Part shown: piece by piece, positions 1-8,448 of the stretch
How positions within the stretch are numbered: the first letter of the stretch is position 1
Layout of the letters: each line of letters begins with the position of its first letter
Source: a virus
Lineage: Duplodnaviria > Caudoviricetes
Strand: one strand, 5' to 3'
Virus record (IMG/VR): IMGVR_UViG_3300037117_000093
Span: 1-58,168 of that record
Length of the DNA stretch: 58,168 bases
The notes under the pieces: model-generated
What the model was told of the DNA's origin: nothing
The model's input: only the letters and a program-made list of their open reading frames with translations
Databases searched by the model: none
Program-made: the position numbers and the translations under genes

Positions 1-102
1 CGCGGCAAGAGGGGATTGCGCCGGGGGCTGAAATGGCGGCTGGACCTGAGCGACGGCCGGGACTGCGACGAGAAGCGAGGCGGCGAAGATTAGGCGTTTC
101 AT
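1..102 (-). CDS. Secreted protein, N-terminal part (runs off window)
   Basis: Manual translation MKRLIFAASLLVAVPAVAQVQPP...; GAGG RBS upstream; Sec signal ending AVA-Q. Confidence 0.65.
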   Translation of the reverse strand, partial: MKRLIFAASLLVAVPAVAQVQPPFQPPAQSPLAA

Positions 103-118
103 GGTCATCCTCAGATTG

Positions 119-415
119 TTAGAGCGCAAAGGCAGCCGGCGGCGACTCTATGCGATTGGCTTGCCCCGGCGCAATGCCGTAAAGGCGTCTCAGGTGCTCA
201 CGGCGATAATTCCTACGCTCAGCAGTTTTCCTTTCTTCCGTCCACGTTTTTCGCACGCTGCGCATATGCGCAGCTTCGCGTGCCTTAGTTGCCGGGCGCT
301 GCTTGTACTCCGCGATCTTATCAGGATGGCGCTGACGATATTGCTGAGACTTCAAACGATGCCGTTCCCGCTCCTTAGCAACGCGTTCCTCAACCGTCAT
401 ATCGAGTTTTCTCAC
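119..415 (-). CDS. Basic hypothetical protein resembling the N-terminus of endonuclease VII-like homing nucleases (no nuclease core)
   Basis: Arg/Lys-rich helix ending HLRRLYGI; start overlaps upstream stop. Confidence 0.45.
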   Translation of the reverse strand: MRKLDMTVEERVAKERERHRLKSQQYRQRHPDKIAEYKQRPATKAREAAHMRSVRKTWTEERKTAERRNYRREHLRRLYGIAPGQANRIESPPAAFAL

Positions 416-2892
416 TGGATAATCCTGACGTTATAATTCGACGCACCTGGCGTCCCAGCGATGAAGCCGCAGACCTTGACCGTCACGGTCCCGGCGGCGG
501 AGACATATGCGCTCCAATCAAAGCCGTCTCCGGGATATGTTACAGGCGACGCGGCGGCAACCATCGCGGTCGTCGCGCCGGTTACGGCGACGGTCCCGGA
601 GGTGCAGGCCCCGGCGACTAGCGCGCTGCCGCCGATGCTGGCGGTCGTGCCGGAAAGAGAGCCGACAGAGTTATTGCACGTCACGGCGCCGGTCGATGGG
701 GTCGTCCCGAGCGCGGTGCAGCCGGCGGTGTAGGTGGCGTAATCCAAGACAAACGGCGTCTCAAGCGAGAACCCCCCGGCATTGTTGAACCTGGCGCGCT
801 CGGTTCCCCACGGGGCATCAAAGCGAAGAAAGGTCGTTCCACCAGAGGCAAGGATGACCTGATCGCTATCGGCGTAGAGTCGTCCCGAATAGCCGGCCGA
901 TGTGCCGCCGACGAAATAGGAGTTGCTGAGCGAGCTATCGTATTCGGCCGCGCTGTCGATTGCTCCGGTTACGTTGAGCGCCCCGCCGATCCCGGTGCCG
1001 CCGGTCACCACTAACGCGCCTGTGGAACCCGACGTCGAGACCGTAACGTTGGTCGTATTGATCGTACCGGCCGTTTGAAGCGGAGCGAGCGAGGACGCCA
1101 GGATCGTGCCATACTTGCCGCCGCCGAACCCCGTCATCTGGTTCCCGGCCTCGACGACGTGCGTCGCGTTGCCGCCAATCCCGATCCCGGTCGTGCTGCC
1201 CGTCTGATTGTTGTTGTTGAAGGCATTGCCGGAGAGGACGACGTTGTCGCCGTCCTGGACATTGATGACCGGGAAGGTGCCGGTGATGTAGTCATTCCCC
1301 ACGTTGTTCGCGAAAGTGATGTTGCGTATCCAGCCCGGCGCGGAGCCGGCATCGACGCAGAGCCGTTGCGCCGTCGCAAGGCCGGGATTGGCGACGATCG
1401 AGAACTCGTTCCCGGTGACGATGATATTCGCCCACTCGATCCCGCTGACCGCCTGATGCACGCGGATTGAGCAAAGCTGCGCATTTTCGATCGAGGCACC
1501 CGAGATGATCCATGTCCCTGTCGGGCCGAAGAAGGCGTTGAACAGCACGGCGTAGTTGGCGTCGCCGAGGCCACGCGCGGAATACTGCGCCGAGCCGCCG
1601 CCGAAAATCTCGACATCGGCGTTCGCTGAGGCCGCCCCGCTGTAAATGATCGCTCCGTCGTAATTACCGCTGGCACCGTCGTCCGGCTGCGCCGCGCCGA
1701 TCGCGGCAATCCCGTCGTGCTGCCATCCGGCGTATTCGCTGCCGGTCGTGCGGGTCTCGACTGAATTTTCGCGGCGCTCGCAATCCCACCATCCGGCGGC
1801 GCACGTCACGTTCTCAATGACGGCATCTGATCCGTAGGTATTGTAAACCGGATGATTGACGCTCGCCTTGAAACTCAACCCGGCAGCGAGTGTGATGACC
1901 TGGCCCACCGGGGTTCCGCTAACGGTGGTCGTTTGATAAAGGCCATCGTCGCGCTCGATCTCAAGCTGGGCGCCATTCGGGAAGCAGGCCGCCACGCTGG
2001 CGCAGCCGCCCGGCGTCGCCACGGTGATCGTGGTCGCGGCCGAAGCTGAGTCGGCAGTCAGCACGCTTTTCGGCCCCGAGATCGAGATGGCCGCCGCGTT
2101 GTCATAGATCATGTTGAATGTAGCGCCGGTGCCGGCACCCGAAGACGAGCCTTGCGCGACAGGCGAGGTCGCAGTCGGCGCGACCGAATAGGAGCCTGGC
2201 GTGACGATGACGGCGCCGGTCACGGTGCTGCCCGAGAGTGCCGTCACCTTCAAAACCGTGGCTGTCGTGAAGGTGCCGCCCGTCAGTGTGATCGTATCAT
2301 TGACCGCGTACCCGGTTCCCGCCGCGCTGACGCGAGCATAGCTGGCGCCGCCGACCTGCGTCGCCTGCCCGCTCTTGTCGATCTGCATATCGGTGAGCTT
2401 GAACTGCCCGAAGCCGTGAAAGGCGAACAGGTCTTTCCCGGCCATCGTCCCGGTGCCCCGCAGCACGAGGCCGCCCGCATTCAAGCCGGAATTCCCAAGC
2501 GTGCTGCTGCCGTGTATCCAGCAGCCGTTGGTGACATCGATCTGGCCGCTGACATCGTAGAAGTCGTTCGGAATGTAGACCTCGCCGGTGTGAAAGACCG
2601 AGCCGGGGTTGCTGTTGCACGCGGCTGTCACCGCGGCTTGCAGGGCCGTCGTGATATCGCTGCCGGCGACCGCGCCGTAATCGGTTATGACGTTGACGCC
2701 GTTGCCGGCGCCGGCGCCGAAAGTGGCGCGGAGGGCAGACTGACTTGTCGCCGCCGTCAGGATCGCCTGCGCCGCCGCCGAGGTCGCGCCCGCACCCGAG
2801 AGCGGCATGCCGCCGGTCCCGACAACCGTCGTCTGCGCCAGCGCCGGAGACGCGCTCAGCAGCAGCGCGGCGAGGAATGCCCGTATTCTCAT
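412..2892 (-). CDS. Tailspike/fibre-like pectate-lyase-type beta-helix protein with N-terminal signal peptide
   Basis: ATGA-coupled start at 2892 with GGAG RBS; MRIRAFLAALLLSASPALA-Q; NVITDYGAV..DITTALQAA..GEVYIP motif; Asn-ladder repeats; Gly/Thr-rich fibre C-terminus. Confidence 0.75.
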   Translation of the reverse strand: MRIRAFLAALLLSASPALAQTTVVGTGGMPLSGAGATSAAAQAILTAATSQSALRATFGAGAGNGVNVITDYGAVAGSDITTALQAAVTAACNSNPGSVFHTGEVYIPNDFYDVSGQIDVTNGCWIHGSSTLGNSGLNAGGLVLRGTGTMAGKDLFAFHGFGQFKLTDMQIDKSGQATQVGGASYARVSAAGTGYAVNDTITLTGGTFTTATVLKVTALSGSTVTGAVIVTPGSYSVAPTATSPVAQGSSSGAGTGATFNMIYDNAAAISISGPKSVLTADSASAATTITVATPGGCASVAACFPNGAQLEIERDDGLYQTTTVSGTPVGQVITLAAGLSFKASVNHPVYNTYGSDAVIENVTCAAGWWDCERRENSVETRTTGSEYAGWQHDGIAAIGAAQPDDGASGNYDGAIIYSGAASANADVEIFGGGSAQYSARGLGDANYAVLFNAFFGPTGTWIISGASIENAQLCSIRVHQAVSGIEWANIIVTGNEFSIVANPGLATAQRLCVDAGSAPGWIRNITFANNVGNDYITGTFPVINVQDGDNVVLSGNAFNNNNQTGSTTGIGIGGNATHVVEAGNQMTGFGGGKYGTILASSLAPLQTAGTINTTNVTVSTSGSTGALVVTGGTGIGGALNVTGAIDSAAEYDSSLSNSYFVGGTSAGYSGRLYADSDQVILASGGTTFLRFDAPWGTERARFNNAGGFSLETPFVLDYATYTAGCTALGTTPSTGAVTCNNSVGSLSGTTASIGGSALVAGACTSGTVAVTGATTAMVAAASPVTYPGDGFDWSAYVSAAGTVTVKVCGFIAGTPGASNYNVRIIQ

Positions 2893-3260
2893 TGCGCGCT
2901 CCGAATGGTTACCGGCGAGTTTGCCCCGCCCGCAATGCAATTTACCGCACCGATCGGCGCGCTCCCGTTCTGCCAGAATGCCGACACGGCGGGCGCGATC
3001 GTCGATGAGCCGGCCGCGTTGAGCGCCGGAGTGCACGTGCCGTTCGGCGCCGCGACGCAATAGGCAATGCTGTTGGTCGTGCCGGCGTTCTCGATGTAGA
3101 GCGTGCGGCGAGCGCCGTTCGGCGGTACGCATTGCTGCGCGGCCGTGCCAAGCGTTGCCGAGTAGTCCGTCGTCGAGAGCGCCTGTGCCAGCGCCGGGCA
3201 TGGCGCGAGCGCCAGCAGCGCCGCCGCGACAGCCGCGAATGCCGGTCTGCGTTTGCGCAT
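2889..3260 (-). CDS. Secreted Cys-containing beta-rich protein
   Basis: MRKRRPAFAAVAAALLALAPCPALA-Q signal; RRTLYIEN motif; coupled to neighbours. Confidence 0.7.
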   Translation of the reverse strand: MRKRRPAFAAVAAALLALAPCPALAQALSTTDYSATLGTAAQQCVPPNGARRTLYIENAGTTNSIAYCVAAPNGTCTPALNAAGSSTIAPAVSAFWQNGSAPIGAVNCIAGGANSPVTIRSAQ

Positions 3261-3262
3261 GG

Positions 3263-3499
3263 TCAGAACTGCTGGTCGGGCGTGGTTTCGCTCGCCAGGC
3301 GCTGCGTCAGCGTCGCGAGCAGCACGATCCCGTCTTGGAGCAACGCCCCCGAACTCGCGAACGAGGTCGAACGGCCCGAGCCGGCGTTGATCTGGTTCAC
3401 GACGACGGTCAGGGTATTGCCCGAGCCGTCCGTGATCACATAGGTCGTGATCGTGCCGGTCGCGGTGGTCGCGACGGTCTTGGTCTGTCCGGCAGCCAT
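3263..3499 (-). CDS. Small Thr-rich protein, paralog of 3509..3718
   Basis: Shared pattern YxITDxxGxTxTV...DGxxxLxxLxxxLASExxP; GGAGG RBS. Confidence 0.7.
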   Translation of the reverse strand: MAAGQTKTVATTATGTITTYVITDGSGNTLTVVVNQINAGSGRSTSFASSGALLQDGIVLLATLTQRLASETTPDQQF

Positions 3500-3508
3500 C
3501 GGCGCCTC

Positions 3509-3718
3509 CTACGGCTGGACTTCGGAAGCGAGCTGGATCAGAAGCACGGACAGCATTTGCACGCCATCCATGTGCAGCCCGGTCGTCGCGATCGAAATGG
3601 TGTAACCGCCGGGCAGCGGCGGGAAGGCGGTCACCGTGCAAGTCACGCCGAGTTGGTCCGTGATTGTATAGATCGTGTTCGAGCCGCTCACCGAGCGCGT
3701 CTGCGTTGCCATGATCAT
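3509..3718 (-). CDS. Small Thr-rich protein, paralog of 3263..3499
   Basis: Same shared pattern; AAGGA RBS. Confidence 0.7.
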   Translation of the reverse strand: MIMATQTRSVSGSNTIYTITDQLGVTCTVTAFPPLPGGYTISIATTGLHMDGVQMLSVLLIQLASEVQP

Positions 3719-3904
3719 GTCCTTTCGAGGATGTCAGGGAGGCGGCGTCAACCGCGCAAGGCTGGCACAAACAGGTCCAGCACGATCAGCAGCACGGCGA
3801 TGTATGGCAAAAGCTTCTGGCATACATCTTCCGATCGCATCCAGCATTTGAGCACGTCGTCATGATCGAGGCTCAAATCAGCGCGCGGATGACTTGGCCG
3901 AACA

Positions 3905-4150
3905 TCAATTACCTTCCTTTTCATGCGCCGTGACGCGCTGCTTGGCGTCCTGGACCGCGGAGTCGATTTCGCGCAAGCGCTTTTCGATTTCGCCCTTGGT
4001 GCCGGCGACGTGATGCGCAGCATCGGCCGGGCGATCATGATGAGCGGTCGGCTCATGATGCGCGGCCGGCTTGTCATATTGGACCGGCGTCGGCACCGGC
4101 TGTGCGCCGCACCCCGCCAGCAGCAGGATGAAGCTAATGATGATGGGCAT
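3905..4150 (-). CDS. Lipoprotein (possible o-spanin-like)
   Basis: Lipobox LLLAG-C; Pro/His-rich region then coiled coil; overlaps upstream gene. Confidence 0.6.
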   Translation of the reverse strand: MPIIISFILLLAGCGAQPVPTPVQYDKPAAHHEPTAHHDRPADAAHHVAGTKGEIEKRLREIDSAVQDAKQRVTAHEKEGN

Positions 4151-4418
4151 TTTGCGAGGCCGCGATGAGAACGCGGAGGTCGCTCAACTGCTGGGAAATG
4201 GCGTCCAGCCTCGTCCTCATGTCGCTTGCAAGCGCTGAGTTGTCGTGCTCGTTCCGCTCCATGCGCGAGTCCAGGCCGGAGACACGGGTGTCAAGCGACC
4301 CAAGCCAATTGCTCGCCCCGATGCCCGCGACAAACAGAGTCACCAATATCGCCGCGAAGCCGTACAGCGCGCCGCGGCCGGTACATGCGTGCGGCCCTTG
4401 CGGAATTTCATCGTCCAA
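4134..4418 (-). CDS. Single-TM coiled-coil membrane protein (i-spanin/holin-like)
   Basis: TM LYGFAAILVTLFVAGIGA followed by heptad repeats. Confidence 0.55.
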   Translation of the reverse strand: MDDEIPQGPHACTGRGALYGFAAILVTLFVAGIGASNWLGSLDTRVSGLDSRMERNEHDNSALASDMRTRLDAISQQLSDLRVLIAASQNAHHH

Positions 4419-4442
4419 TTGGCACCTCTCTTCCGAGGGGGG

Positions 4443-5102
4443 CTACGGCCGGCGCGCCACCACATGGAACCCCATATCTGGCCGCGCCACCGCATCCCAA
4501 TCCTGCGGCCCGTTCCCGCTGCCGCGAACGTAATCGGCATGAACGAACGGGCTTGGCCCCGGCACCAACCCGGCGGCGCACAGCCGAGCCTCCCACCATG
4601 AGCGCGGCCGGATCGATACATGCCAGCGCGCGCCGCTCGCCGGGTCTTCGTCCGGGAAGGTCGCCACGCTTGCGACGAACATGCCGCCCGGCGCCAGGTG
4701 CCGGACGATGTTGTCAAAAAGAAGCGGCAGATCGCCCTCGCGGATGTGCTCGAGAACGTCCCATGCCGTGATCACGTCAAACGGCTCGCCGCTCACCTGG
4801 AACGGCTTGGCGATGTCCGCGGTAAACAGGTGATCCGGGATCACCCGCCATTCCGCGCGCCGGGTGCGTTTCGAATAGTCGCTGCCGTCGATCCCGACCG
4901 AATAGTGCCCGGCGTCGAAGAAATCCCGCACTAACCCGCCACCGGCGCATCCCAAATCCAGATGCCGCACCGGTCGGCCGAAAATGCGCCCGCAGGCGTC
5001 AACGAATGCCGGGCCGTGCGTGTTGTCGTTCGCCGTGCCGCGCGGATAGCGATGATCATCGCTGTGGAGCGCGAGCGGGAAGCTCGTCACGACTTCTGTC
5101 AT
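4443..5102 (-). CDS. Class I SAM-dependent methyltransferase
   Basis: LDLGCAGG motif I; FDVITAWDVLEHI; LAPGG; ATGA-coupled start. Confidence 0.9.
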   Translation of the reverse strand: MTEVVTSFPLALHSDDHRYPRGTANDNTHGPAFVDACGRIFGRPVRHLDLGCAGGGLVRDFFDAGHYSVGIDGSDYSKRTRRAEWRVIPDHLFTADIAKPFQVSGEPFDVITAWDVLEHIREGDLPLLFDNIVRHLAPGGMFVASVATFPDEDPASGARWHVSIRPRSWWEARLCAAGLVPGPSPFVHADYVRGSGNGPQDWDAVARPDMGFHVVARRP

Positions 5103-5797
5103 GCCAGGATGGTGCCCTCTACCATCTGTCGCCAAGACGGATGCGCCCGCACATAATCGTTTGCCGCCGCGTGGCGCCGCGCCAAATCCTTCAACGCCAG
5201 CACCCGCGGGAAATTCCGGCAATCGTGGAAGCCGAAGCTGAGCCGCGAAGGCCCGTGCTCCAACGAGAACTGCGCCGCCAGCACTTCCGGCGCCCAGCGA
5301 AAGCCCTCAGCCTCAAGGTGCGGCCGATAGCGGCGGCACAGCACCTCATCCCACGGGAAGGCGTAGGGGTAGTCGCCGCGGCTGATCCGCTCGGCGAGGC
5401 GCCGCGAGATCAGCGAGAAGCCGCCGTTGCCGACGCGCGATGCCGCCGGATGCCACGGCCACGGCGCGCCGATGAAATCGCATTCCAGGAACTCGTCGGT
5501 CCACTGGCTCGGGTCGTTGATGCCGGTATCCCATTCGACGTTGAGGATGTGCGACGTGCGGCACTTGCGCCAGCCGGTTTCCCAAAGCTCGGCCTGCCCG
5601 AGCGGCTTGGCGAGGCCACCAATGATCGGATGAATGATAATGCCGGGTACATCGCCGAAGCATTCCGGCCGATCGCTCCAAACCTTGACCGCGCCGAACT
5701 TGACCGCGCCCATCATATCGCCGATCGCGAGCGCCGCCGCTTCGTGAGCAACCGCATCGTAGCAGCAAAGGGTCACGTCAGAGAGATTAAGCGGCAA
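5099..5797 (-). CDS. DUF5672-family glycosyltransferase-like protein
   Basis: TSHILNVEWD, WTDEFLECDFIGAPW, VGNGGFSL, FGFH motifs; TTG start with GGAG. Confidence 0.8.
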   Translation of the reverse strand: MPLNLSDVTLCCYDAVAHEAAALAIGDMMGAVKFGAVKVWSDRPECFGDVPGIIIHPIIGGLAKPLGQAELWETGWRKCRTSHILNVEWDTGINDPSQWTDEFLECDFIGAPWPWHPAASRVGNGGFSLISRRLAERISRGDYPYAFPWDEVLCRRYRPHLEAEGFRWAPEVLAAQFSLEHGPSRLSFGFHDCRNFPRVLALKDLARRHAAANDYVRAHPSWRQMVEGTILA

Positions 5798-7172
5798 TCT
5801 CCGCCTCCAAAGCCCGGTGCACGTCCACCAGCGCGCCCATCCAATCGCCGGGCGCGCGCTGCGGGAAAAGCCGCCCCGCGTACCACGGGGCCATCGTACC
5901 GTCAGCCGCGCCCCACCATCGCCAGCAGCGCGTGAACGGCGACAGCATCCAGATCGGCTTTCCCATCGCGCCGGCAAGGTGCGCGACCGCAGTGTCAACC
6001 GCGATCACAAGGTCGAGCTGCCTGATGAAGGCCGCGGTATCCGCCCAGTCGGCGAGGCGCGGGGTCAGGTCGCCGATCAGTCCGGCGGCGCCGATGCGGT
6101 CGATATCGCCCTCGGCGTCTTCGCCCTTTTGCAGGCTCCAAAGCCGCACGCCGGGGATCGACGCCATCGGCAGGAACAAGATCAGCGGGATCGAGCGGCG
6201 CAGCGCGGTATCCAGGTTCCATTTCCCGCTCGCCCAGCAGATGCCGATGTTGCGACGCCCTGATCGGAGGCCGTCGAGTTCGATAGGCAAACGCCCGTCA
6301 TCCTGAGCCGGCGCCCGCAGATACGGCGCCGGCCGGATATCCTCCGGCCGCGCATATCCAAGCCAGCGCAGCGCGCCGAACATTGGCGTGTGAAAATCGA
6401 ACCGCGGCGAAGCATCGCCGGCATCGAAGGTTTCGAGCGCGACAACATCAACGCCGGGCCATTCCTGCATCGCCAGCAACCGAACGAGCGCCGCCGGCAC
6501 CGCCATCGTCACGCGAGCGCCGCGCAGAGCAAGCTCGGGCGCGAGCCGCGCCAGCATGATCGCGTCGCCGAAACCTTGCTCCGAATGGAATAGGATTGTC
6601 TTACCGGCGAGGTCTTCGCCCTGCCATTCCGGCCAATGGTGGTCCCATGGCGACAGGTGCGTGAGGCTGTACCATCGCGCCTCGTAGGCCTCAAGCCCGT
6701 CGCCGAGCCGGCCGAGCGCCAGCAGCATGTGCGAGCGATCGGATCGCATCCCCTGCGATCCCGGCATTAGCGCCAGCGCACGGTTGATCGCGTCCAGCGC
6801 CTCGGCGTAGTCGCCTATGCGGTAGCGCAGCAGCGCGAGGTTGTGCCAGGTCACCGGGTCTTCCGGCGCTTCCTCGGCGAGCCGCAGGCATTGCGCCAGC
6901 GCCGCATCGTGCAGGTTCGCTCGCATCATCATGTTGGCGAGGTTGTTGCGCGTCGCGGTCGCGCCCGGCGCCAGACGTACGGCCCGGCCGGTCGCCGCGA
7001 GCGCGGCCGGGAGCATCCCAGCATCGGCGAGCGAGTTGCCGAGGTTCGCCAGCGCCGGCACGAAATCGGGGTCGATTCCCAGCGCCGCCAGGAAGTGCAG
7101 CCGCGCGCCCGAGGCGTCGCCGTCGCGGTGCAGCATCATGCCGGTGGCGTTCAGGTCGGCGGCGCTCGGCAA
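5787..7172 (-). CDS. TPR-repeat glycosyltransferase (GT9-like GT-B fold)
   Basis: N-terminal TPRs; YEARW, EQGFGDAIM, IGICWAS, SLQKG, DLVIAVDTAVAHLAGAMGKP, PWY. Confidence 0.9.
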   Translation of the reverse strand: MPSAADLNATGMMLHRDGDASGARLHFLAALGIDPDFVPALANLGNSLADAGMLPAALAATGRAVRLAPGATATRNNLANMMMRANLHDAALAQCLRLAEEAPEDPVTWHNLALLRYRIGDYAEALDAINRALALMPGSQGMRSDRSHMLLALGRLGDGLEAYEARWYSLTHLSPWDHHWPEWQGEDLAGKTILFHSEQGFGDAIMLARLAPELALRGARVTMAVPAALVRLLAMQEWPGVDVVALETFDAGDASPRFDFHTPMFGALRWLGYARPEDIRPAPYLRAPAQDDGRLPIELDGLRSGRRNIGICWASGKWNLDTALRRSIPLILFLPMASIPGVRLWSLQKGEDAEGDIDRIGAAGLIGDLTPRLADWADTAAFIRQLDLVIAVDTAVAHLAGAMGKPIWMLSPFTRCWRWWGAADGTMAPWYAGRLFPQRAPGDWMGALVDVHRALEAEIAA

Positions 7173-7184
7173 CGCCAGGTCGCC

Positions 7185-7460
7185 CTATTCCTGGTCAATC
7201 GAAATGGTTATGGCGTCGTTGGCCCAACCGTCCCGCGGCCCGTGCCCGGGGTTTGAGTGGCCCGACATGCGCACCCTGAAGGTGTGAGATGGCGGCCCAA
7301 GGCTGCCCGAGGCGATGATGGCGACGGTCGCGGCGACGGCCGCATCGAACTGGTCACTGCATTCTGCGTTTTGGCTGAGAGCTGCGTCCTTCAGCTGTAA
7401 GAGCGCATCGTTGCTCGATTGGTCATAGGGAACATGCTCTGCGCTTACTGACCAACTCAT
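7185..7460 (-). CDS. Hypothetical protein
   Basis: ORF with GGAGGAG RBS, in operon. Confidence 0.65.
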   Translation of the reverse strand: MSWSVSAEHVPYDQSSNDALLQLKDAALSQNAECSDQFDAAVAATVAIIASGSLGPPSHTFRVRMSGHSNPGHGPRDGWANDAITISIDQE

Positions 7461-7490
7461 GGACTCCTCCTATCCCGTGCTGCCGCTCTT

Positions 7491-8189
7491 TTAGCTGCCG
7501 ACCCCCGTGTACGCAAAGGCAAATCCGAAGCTGATCGTGCCGTTCGGCGCCGTCGATGGCGTGATGCTCGCCGCGCTCGATGCCACGGTGCCGATCGTCA
7601 CGTCGGCGCCCGCGTCAGTTTCCTTCAACACGGTGATATCCTGGAAGCCGGGATTGACGAGCAGCGAGAGCGAATTCGTGTCGTTGACCTGGACGCCGGC
7701 ATTAGCCGGTCCCGCGAGGCCCGTGACGATCGCCGAGGTCATGCGCAGCACGCCCTTGGTCGTCGTGAAGGTGAGGCCGGTCGATGCCGTCACGGTGTTA
7801 AGCGCCGCCGTATCGACCTGCGCGGTGCCGTCGTTCGCGGTATAGGCGAGCGCGACAGCGCCGCCGCTGATCGCAACCGAGCCCTGCGCCACGATCAAAC
7901 TGGCCTGGCGCGGAACGTCCGGCTGATGCGCGATCGTCAGCGTGCCGTTGGCGAGCGTCGTCGACGCGACGATCCGGCCCGCGGTCGCGGCGAGCGGCGC
8001 CGTAATCGGCTGCCACGCGGTCGCCTGGTTGACGTACACTGCGCCGGCCGCGAGCAGCGCCGGAACATCGCGGGTATCGACGGTCGCCGTCCCGTCCGCG
8101 CCGGGCACGACCTGGCCGCCGTTGTTGGTGTAGGCCAGGAACATCGGGCCGCCGAGCGCGGAAACGTTCATCCGAACAGTCGCTGCCAT
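7491..8189 (-). CDS. Ala/Thr-rich putative virion structural (decoration-like) protein
   Basis: Composition; GAGGTG RBS; position after portal. Confidence 0.6.
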   Translation of the reverse strand: MAATVRMNVSALGGPMFLAYTNNGGQVVPGADGTATVDTRDVPALLAAGAVYVNQATAWQPITAPLAATAGRIVASTTLANGTLTIAHQPDVPRQASLIVAQGSVAISGGAVALAYTANDGTAQVDTAALNTVTASTGLTFTTTKGVLRMTSAIVTGLAGPANAGVQVNDTNSLSLLVNPGFQDITVLKETDAGADVTIGTVASSAASITPSTAPNGTISFGFAFAYTGVGS

Positions 8190-8203
8190 CGCACACCTCG
8201 CGC

Positions 8204-8239
8204 AAACGAAAAGCGCCCCGAGGCTGAGCCTGGGGCGCT
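8204..8239 (-). terminator. Intrinsic terminator-like hairpin just upstream of the 8189 start
   Basis: AGCGCCCC...GGGGCGCT followed by TTTCGTTT on - strand. Confidence 0.55.
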
Positions 8240-8304
8240 GGGGATTATTGGGCCACGGACACCGGGTGCCCGTTTCAATTTGTCAAGCTAAACGCATTTT
8301 GTGG

Positions 8305-8331
8305 AAAAGGAAAGCGCCCATTTCTGGGCGC
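8305..8331 (-). terminator. Intrinsic terminator downstream of portal
   Basis: GCGCCCA-GAAA-TGGGCGC followed by TTTCCTTTT. Confidence 0.55.
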
Positions 8332-8448
8332 ATGCTGCGCGCATCACGGTCCCGGCGGCGAGGGCCGGGTCGGCGGCTGTGTCTTTCGACCTTGGCCGGT
8401 GCGATCCCCTATTCGGTGCGTGAATCTACACGCCGCAGCCCACAAACC

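Noticed and set aside
2893-3201. N-terminal extension of the 929-aa ORF
   Set aside because: Overlaps the real 2889..3260 gene; RBS and ATGA coupling favour the 2892 start
3805-3875. Group I intron
   Set aside because: Too short and lacks the terminal G and core structure
7491-8189. Major capsid protein
   Set aside because: Short, with no HK97-fold features recognised; capsid genes are probably outside the window
8245-8286. Sigma70 promoter from TTGACA on - strand
   Set aside because: No -10 element at proper spacing
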